Shown: piece by piece, positions 58,774-64,000 of the stretch
Position numbering within the stretch: the first letter of the stretch is position 1
Layout: every line of letters starts with the position of its first letter
IMG/VR virus record: IMGVR_UViG_3300027724_000012
Coordinates: 1,124-65,123 of that record
DNA length: 64,000 bases
Source of the DNA: a virus
Direction: 5' to 3' (one strand)
Made by a program: the position numbers and the translations under genes
Notes under the pieces: model-generated
Seen by the model: the letters and a program-made list of their open reading frames with translations, nothing else
Database searches by the model: none
What the model was told of the DNA's origin: nothing

Positions 58774-60567
58774 ATGAAAAGTAAAATCATTTTTAACAGT
58801 AAGTCACACACTTATACATCGGGTAAGAAAATACAGTATAGTTCTGTAAGTTCTTTAATAGGTAAATATAAACAACCGTATAATGCAGAATATTGGAGTT
58901 TATATAAAGCATACGAAAGAGTATTAGGAGATAAGTTTAAAGATCTAAAAAGGGGTTATAAACTACAAGATAGTTCTTTATTTAAACACCTTAGAAACTT
59001 TGCAGACGAACAAAAAGTACTAAAAACACAAATAGAAATACTTAAAGAGTGGAAAGGTGAGAAAGATAAATCCATTATAAAAGGTAATGAATATCACACT
59101 TTTAAAGAAAATCAAGCAATATCATCTGGAGTTTGTTTAAATCCTTTTAGTGATTGTAATTATCCAACAGTAGAATCTACTAAAATAACAGTAAAAAATA
59201 AAGTAGAATACAGAGAACCTACTGTAGATGAGTTATACGATTTAGTAGATGGATTTCATCCAGAGTTAATATTGTGGAATAACGATTACAAATTAGCTGG
59301 ACAAGCTGATAAAGTATTTATAGAAACAATCAATGGAGTACGTTATGCTGAGATTGATGATTATAAAACAAACAAAGCAATAAAGAAAGCAAACTTTTTT
59401 GGTAAAATGCTAGATCCATTAGGACATCTTGATTGTTGCGTTAGTGGTAATACTAAGTTAATAACTGAAGATGGTATTGTTAAAATAAAAGATACTTTAG
59501 ATATTCCGATTAAAATATGGAACGGTAACGTATGGTCAGAAGTAATCCCATTTAAAACAAAATCAAACACTACTTTGTATAGAGTATTATTTGATGATGG
59601 TAGTTATTTAGATGTTACAGATAATCATAAATTTTTAATTAAATATAGATTAGATAAAGATTTTATAGAACAAACAACACAAGATATTATAAATAAAATG
59701 AATACTACCAAGTGGTTACCTAGAGTTCCAAATTCTAATATTAAATATATTGAAAAAGGTATTGAAGTATTAGAAGCGTATGATTATGGATTTTTACTTG
59801 GTGATGGTACTGTAGGTAAGTGGAAATCAGAAATAAAAGCGGAATTATATAATAAAGATAAACAAATAAAATTCATAACTGGAGAAAAACGTAATTACAA
59901 TAATCACATTATACAATATTTTGATTTAGATTATAAATTTTCTAAAGATTTAAAATATAATTATGGATTGCCAAATATTATATTTTCATGGGATAAAAAA
60001 TCTATTTTAAATTTTATATCTGGATGGATTGATGCTGATGGTACTAATCAGCATTGTAAAATTAGATTATATGGAAAAGAAGATAAAATTAGAGATGCTC
60101 AACTATTATTAACAAAATGCGGAATAAAATCTAGTATAAAAATAGCAGGTTATAAAGATGATATAACTTCGGTATCTAAAAGAAAATCTGATTTATATTA
60201 TTTATCTATTAGTAAAACATCAGAATTAAGTACTCAACGAGTTATTTCAAATAGTAATAATGAAAGTACAAAAAAACATAAGTGGCAATTTATAAAATCA
60301 ATAACAAAATTAGAAGACTTACAAGATTCATTTTGTTTAACTGAAAAATTAAATAATCAATGTGTTTTTAATAATGTATTAACAAAACAATGTAACTATA
60401 ATCATTATAGATTACAAATATCTACTTATGCGTGGATGTTAGAACAAGCTGGTTATACAATACGTAATACAGCATTTACACACTTAAATCAACAATATAA
60501 ATTTGATTATATGAAACATGAAGTACAACTCATGTTAAATATTGATCCTTACTTAAAACTAATATAA
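58774..60567 (+). CDS. PD-(D/E)XK (Cas4-like) nuclease with intein
   Basis: SHTYT, SVSSLI, KGNEYH, LAGQAD...IDDYKTN, HLDC|intein|CNYNHYRLQISTY. Confidence 0.85.
   Translation: MKSKIIFNSKSHTYTSGKKIQYSSVSSLIGKYKQPYNAEYWSLYKAYERVLGDKFKDLKRGYKLQDSSLFKHLRNFADEQKVLKTQIEILKEWKGEKDKSIIKGNEYHTFKENQAISSGVCLNPFSDCNYPTVESTKITVKNKVEYREPTVDELYDLVDGFHPELILWNNDYKLAGQADKVFIETINGVRYAEIDDYKTNKAIKKANFFGKMLDPLGHLDCCVSGNTKLITEDGIVKIKDTLDIPIKIWNGNVWSEVIPFKTKSNTTLYRVLFDDGSYLDVTDNHKFLIKYRLDKDFIEQTTQDIINKMNTTKWLPRVPNSNIKYIEKGIEVLEAYDYGFLLGDGTVGKWKSEIKAELYNKDKQIKFITGEKRNYNNHIIQYFDLDYKFSKDLKYNYGLPNIIFSWDKKSILNFISGWIDADGTNQHCKIRLYGKEDKIRDAQLLLTKCGIKSSIKIAGYKDDITSVSKRKSDLYYLSISKTSELSTQRVISNSNNESTKKHKWQFIKSITKLEDLQDSFCLTEKLNNQCVFNNVLTKQCNYNHYRLQISTYAWMLEQAGYTIRNTAFTHLNQQYKFDYMKHEVQLMLNIDPYLKLI
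59437..60390 (+). mobile_element. Gln-terminated intein with LAGLIDADG endonuclease (318 aa)
   Basis: CVSGNTKLIT...VTDNHKF...YGFLLGDG...ISGWIDADG...FCLTE...VFNNVLTKQ|C. Confidence 0.85.
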
Positions 60568-60914
60568 TGAAAAAGTGTATAGCATACAAAATGAGATGTA
60601 TTAAAAAAGAATATTATAAAAAAGAATATTATAATAAAGAATATTATAGATTATATATAAACTCTAAAAAAAGAAGCAATCATAGTTTTGATATATCAGG
60701 ATTGGATATAATATGTATTAAAGAAGAATATAGATTACAAATTAGATACTCTTATAGTAGAGTAATGGTATCTACTAAATTTAATAAAAAGAATTTTGAT
60801 AGATTAACTCAAATATTAAACTCAGTAGATCACTCTATCGAAATATTTTGTATTGGTATGACAGATTTTTTAAATAAAATAGGTATAGATTATGACTACT
60901 ATAAAAGAAAATAA
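60567..60914 (+). CDS. Hypothetical protein
   Basis: 115 aa, coupled to the nuclease gene; contains a KEYY repeat. Confidence 0.45.
   Translation: MKKCIAYKMRCIKKEYYKKEYYNKEYYRLYINSKKRSNHSFDISGLDIICIKEEYRLQIRYSYSRVMVSTKFNKKNFDRLTQILNSVDHSIEIFCIGMTDFLNKIGIDYDYYKRK
60603..60647 (+). repeat. 15-bp tandem repeat x3
   Basis: AAAAAAGAATATTAT twice plus AATAAAGAATATTAT. Confidence 0.85.
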
Positions 60915-61596
60915 ACAATACGGAACTATTGTTCGTTGTGGTACTGGTGGAAATATTTCTGATTCTATTTCTGCTAAAGAAATATTTACTATACCTGAAG
61001 TATGGGGTACATCATCTATAAATCATTATAATGTTGGTGTATGGTCACCTAGTGGACCACCATGTCCAGCAGGACAAAATTGTGTTGATCAATCCTTTAC
61101 TGGATCAACTTTAAATCATCCTATAGATAAATTAGCTACTATAAAACGATGGATTAAACCATCAGAGTGGAGAATGAAAGTAAATACAACTCAGGATACA
61201 AAAAAGAATATAAACAAATTAAAAAATCTAAATCACGATTTATCTCTACATAAAGAAGTAGATGAGATATTTAAAACAATAACTGATTATGATTTATTTT
61301 CTATACTGATAGAAGGATATCTAGTTAATAATAATCTTGTAGATAGATATTATAAGTCTTTATCTAGATCAAACTCAATGTATCGTAGTGGTCCCGGTTT
61401 GTATCAATTTTTAGAAGAAAGTAATATATATTCTTATAATCCGTATACAACATCTATTGTAGATAGTTTAAAAAGTTTAGAAGATATTAGAAAAAGTTTA
61501 AAAGGTATTTGGGTTACACTACCAAAGAAATCTAGTACAATTCAAATATATACCGGAGAGAATGGTATGGATCTAATAAAAAAAGGAGGTATATAA
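60892..61596 (+). CDS. Hypothetical protein
   Basis: 234-aa ORF ending within a terminator. Confidence 0.55.
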   Translation: MTTIKENKQYGTIVRCGTGGNISDSISAKEIFTIPEVWGTSSINHYNVGVWSPSGPPCPAGQNCVDQSFTGSTLNHPIDKLATIKRWIKPSEWRMKVNTTQDTKKNINKLKNLNHDLSLHKEVDEIFKTITDYDLFSILIEGYLVNNNLVDRYYKSLSRSNSMYRSGPGLYQFLEESNIYSYNPYTTSIVDSLKSLEDIRKSLKGIWVTLPKKSSTIQIYTGENGMDLIKKGGI

Positions 61597-61606
61597 CCTC
61601 CTTTTT
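61578..61606. terminator. Bidirectional terminator between convergent genes
   Basis: A-tract, GGAGGT...ACCTCC stem, T-tract. Confidence 0.75.
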
Positions 61607-61609
61607 CTT

Positions 61610-61687
61610 TTAACACCCTTTTTTAACTTTACCACCTTTAGACATGGTTTTTACTGGTGCTTTTGGTTTAACTGTTTTTGTTTTCAT
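61610..61687 (-). CDS. Basic micro-protein, 25 aa (MKTKTVKPKAPVKTMSKGGKVKKGC)
   Basis: Read by hand; ends just before the terminator. Confidence 0.55.
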   Translation of the reverse strand: MKTKTVKPKAPVKTMSKGGKVKKGC

Positions 61688-61826
61688 ACTTGTGTTTAAT
61701 TAATAATTTAATAATATCTGCGACCTTATTTGTTTCCGTATAGTATGGAAGTCTAATATCTTCGAAACTATATAGTAACTCTAAAGCAATTGGTTTCAAT
61801 CTTTCGAATTCTTTATACGTAATCAT
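61668..61826 (-). CDS. Hypothetical protein, 52 aa (MITYKEFERLKPIALELL...)
   Basis: Read by hand; overlaps both neighbours. Confidence 0.5.
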   Translation of the reverse strand: MITYKEFERLKPIALELLYSFEDIRLPYYTETNKVADIIKLLIKHKYENKNS

Positions 61827-62007
61827 TATTATCTTCTTTATTATTTTTTATTCTTATACTTATAAGACCGGATAAAACTATCAGAAAAAATCCTAATCCT
61901 ATTTTATATAAATCATCTATAGAATCCACACTAGACATCCAATCGAACAAAACTAAAGGTATTACAATACCAAATAAAGAAATAATAAGACACTTTTTCT
62001 TACTCAT
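61813..62007 (-). CDS. Small two-TM membrane protein
   Basis: Two hydrophobic helices. Confidence 0.5.
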   Translation of the reverse strand: MSKKKCLIISLFGIVIPLVLFDWMSSVDSIDDLYKIGLGFFLIVLSGLISIRIKNNKEDNNDYV

Positions 62008-62224
62008 ATTGTTGTTTTTGTACGAATCCGTTTTTAATTACATACATACCATCTTCTATTTTATTTTTTTCTTCTTGAGTTAATTTACGTCTTTCTAAAG
62101 CTTCATAATATAAGATTACACCACCTTTACCAGTAGCTATTACTAAACCAGGATTCTGTGGAATAGACTCCCAACAACTTTCAATCATTTTTGTTATTTC
62201 TTCTAATGTTGGTTTCTTACTCAT
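62000..62224 (-). CDS. Hypothetical protein
   Basis: 74 aa; IATGKGGVILYYEAL shared with 62802..63089 and the C-terminus of 60892..61596. Confidence 0.5.
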   Translation of the reverse strand: MSKKPTLEEITKMIESCWESIPQNPGLVIATGKGGVILYYEALERRKLTQEEKNKIEDGMYVIKNGFVQKQQYE

Positions 62225-62619
62225 TTATCTGGATATTTAGCGTCCATTTCTTGGATACATCCATATGGTGATCCATTAGATATTGTTAGTATAGTAGCAA
62301 ATCCATTTTCAGTTGTAATTACAGACTTATCTTCTGTAATAGATCCTGTATACTTGCTACCATAGTTACCTGTTAACTTACCTGTAGCTGGATCTAAATC
62401 TCCCCAATCACTTCTACCATTACCTATAGCTTCTACATAATACTTTTTACCTGTTCTAAGAGATACTACTATTTGTCTACCTGTTTCTTCTGAATTTATT
62501 AAGAAATCTTTTATTATATTATCCATGTTGTATTCTTCTTTATTTACTGATGTAATTAAACTATCCCAATTATCATCTACTATCTTCTGTATATCTTTGT
62601 CAAGAACTTTTTTATTCAT
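62221..62619 (-). CDS. Hypothetical phage protein
   Basis: TGRQIVVSLRTGKKYYVEAIG...WGDLDPATGKLTGNYGSKYTGSI. Confidence 0.55.
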   Translation of the reverse strand: MNKKVLDKDIQKIVDDNWDSLITSVNKEEYNMDNIIKDFLINSEETGRQIVVSLRTGKKYYVEAIGNGRSDWGDLDPATGKLTGNYGSKYTGSITEDKSVITTENGFATILTISNGSPYGCIQEMDAKYPDK

Positions 62620-62809
62620 TTAAATCTAATTCTAATTGTTTATCTAAATCTCTTATTTGTCTATCTTTTCTTTCTTTTCTACACTCCCCTATATCCCAAT
62701 TATCTCTATCCCATTTTCTTTGTATATGTAATGGAGCTTCGTCTTCCCAATAATCTAATGTACCATTTCTATACATTGATAATATCTTGTGTTTATATGT
62801 ATTACTCAT
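62612..62809 (-). CDS. Hypothetical protein
   Basis: 65-aa ORF in a tightly overlapping operon. Confidence 0.5.
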   Translation of the reverse strand: MSNTYKHKILSMYRNGTLDYWEDEAPLHIQRKWDRDNWDIGECRKERKDRQIRDLDKQLELDLNE

Positions 62810-63089
62810 AATTACCTATATATTTGAATCCAGTATCTTCTACAATATATCTACCATCTCTAAACATACTTTGTTCTTTAATAGTAGATGGTCTACCCAT
62901 AATTTTCTCGTAGAACTTTATAGCTCCTTGTTTACCTGTATGAAGAATACCACTATTAACAGGTTTTTCTTTTATCCATATAGAGGATACTTCGTCTTCA
63001 AATTTTTTACACATAGCATAATAATCATCTAAACCTTGTTCTAAAGATTTTAGAGTATCATCTATCTTAGAATTTAATTCTTTATTCAT
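62802..63089 (-). CDS. Hypothetical protein
   Basis: 95 aa, first gene of this minus-strand operon. Confidence 0.5.
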   Translation of the reverse strand: MNKELNSKIDDTLKSLEQGLDDYYAMCKKFEDEVSSIWIKEKPVNSGILHTGKQGAIKFYEKIMGRPSTIKEQSMFRDGRYIVEDTGFKYIGNYE

Positions 63090-63377
63090 TTTATTATTAA
63101 TTTACTCTATAAGTAAAATAAAAGGTGTAAACCGCAAAATGCGATTTCATCTTTAACCCCATAACCATATGTTTTCTATAATATCTTATCAAACAGTTTA
63201 CTCTTTATCATATCTTTCGACTTAGATTAGGAGGTTATCAATCGATTATCTTTTTAACGTACTACGTGTAATCATTTGATTTGAATATTATATTTAAAGT
63301 AGCATCTCATAAAATCTAACCACACCAGAATTTCTTCTCAAAGATTAGGTATAAGAATCTATACTAAAAACATAGTG

Positions 63378-63385
63378 CAAAGATA
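63378..63385 (-). promoter_or_regulatory. Bacteroidota-type -7 promoter element TATCTTTG
   Basis: TATCTTTGCAC, similar context to the 58655 and 58750 elements; about 290 nt upstream of the next ORF. Confidence 0.5.
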
Positions 63386-63518
63386 ATAATATAAATCATA
63401 TAAATAGCTAGGGTACATAAAAAAATAAAAATAAATCTTTCAAACTATGTATTAATGTTACAACCAATCAACATATATTACTCTAGCACCATTATGTTAG
63501 TAGATTTAGGGAGTGAAA

Positions 63519-63672
63519 ATATACCCCCGGTTACTTATGTATATATATGTTTATACCCCCGTACGATTTTGTATATATTTTACTATCTCCCCCATATCAA
63601 ATGTGTATATATTTGTTTATATCCCATATCGTTTTTGTGTATATATGTTTATACCCCCTACCACAACACCCC
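63519..63672. repeat. Degenerate ~32-33-bp periodic repeat (TGTATATA...TATACCCCC)
   Basis: C-runs start at 63524, 63556, 63589, 63623 and 63654; all but the first are preceded by TGT(G)TATATA; non-coding strand-switch region. Confidence 0.75.
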
Positions 63673-63737
63673 TACTAAACATTGAGATTGGAGATGATCC
63701 CCGGTCTTCGTTATTTAACCAAAAAAAATATTTTACC

Positions 63738-64000
63738 ATGACACCAATTATTATCGAAAAAGTACAGCTGAAAGCATCCTCCGAACAATCTATCGTTGAG
63801 TTTTGCAAACAGAATAATGTGAAGCCTGTTGCTGTTATTACTACTAAACCCAATGGATATCAGGGTGTACAGTTTGTAGATCTTACCAATCCAAACGAAG
63901 GGTTTTGTGTGTTACTCGGAAATAGTACATATGCGGGTGAAACGATCAGCAGAGATTGGACAGTGTATCGCAACAAAGCAGGTATACCACGTATATCTCA
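63738..64000 (+). CDS. Hypothetical protein, partial (MTPIIIEKVQLKASSEQSIVEFCKQNNV...)
   Basis: ATG at 63738, open to the window end; visibly higher GC. Probably the first gene of the oppositely transcribed module. Confidence 0.6.
   Translation, partial: MTPIIIEKVQLKASSEQSIVEFCKQNNVKPVAVITTKPNGYQGVQFVDLTNPNEGFCVLLGNSTYAGETISRDWTVYRNKAGIPRIS

Noticed and set aside
58774..60567. cas4 of a CRISPR-Cas system
   Set aside because: No array or other cas genes; stand-alone PD-(D/E)XK nucleases are usual in crAss-like phages.
63519..63672. Mini CRISPR array
   Set aside because: Units are degenerate and contiguous with no spacer-sized unique sequence.
63455..63853. ORFs 63455..63685 (+) and 63617..63853 (-)
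   Set aside because: The first merely translates the repeat array; the second is antisense to the more plausible plus-strand ORF starting at 63738.
1..64000. Stop-codon reassignment as in some crAss phages
   Set aside because: Long genes are intact in code 11, TAG and TGA end plausible genes (e.g. 54815, 57666), and no suppressor tRNA is seen.

Overview
AT-rich (visually about 27-30% GC) 64-kb segment of a crAss-like (Crassvirales-type) podophage, most likely infecting Bacteroidota: TAnnTTTG -7 promoter elements sit upstream of several genes, and there are Bacteroidota-type domains. Almost all of it is the late/structural module on the minus strand. In transcription order it holds small accessory genes (HU/IHF-like, GroES-like, PD-(D/E)XK homing endonuclease, tRNA-Asp, tRNA-Cys, ClpP-like, SET-domain, Acb2/Tad1-like, thioredoxin), then intein-containing TerL, portal, an acidic scaffold-like protein, major capsid protein, conserved crAss head/ring genes, a large block of fibre/spike/decoration genes, a lysis cassette, an extremely Cys-rich 1698-aa protein, NinG-like nuclease, metallophosphoesterase, ring/IHF/muzzle genes and three cargo (ejection) proteins, the last truncated at the left edge. 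A small plus-strand island encodes a PD-(D/E)XK nuclease with a Gln-terminated intein. A ~32-bp periodic repeat at the right end marks the switch to plus-strand genes. The most unusual feature is six consecutive genes (33.2-36.4 kb) whose bodies fall into four unrelated types but which all start with the same 12-aa peptide, MK(I/T)QS(R/K)LGVTI(P/S). The peptide is conserved at the protein level rather than the DNA level, suggesting a modular docking-tag system for interchangeable virion adhesins. A second theme is a cysteine-rich structural proteome accompanied by tRNA-Cys, a thioredoxin and a CxxC micro-protein. All functional calls come from motif recognition and synteny; no searches were run.
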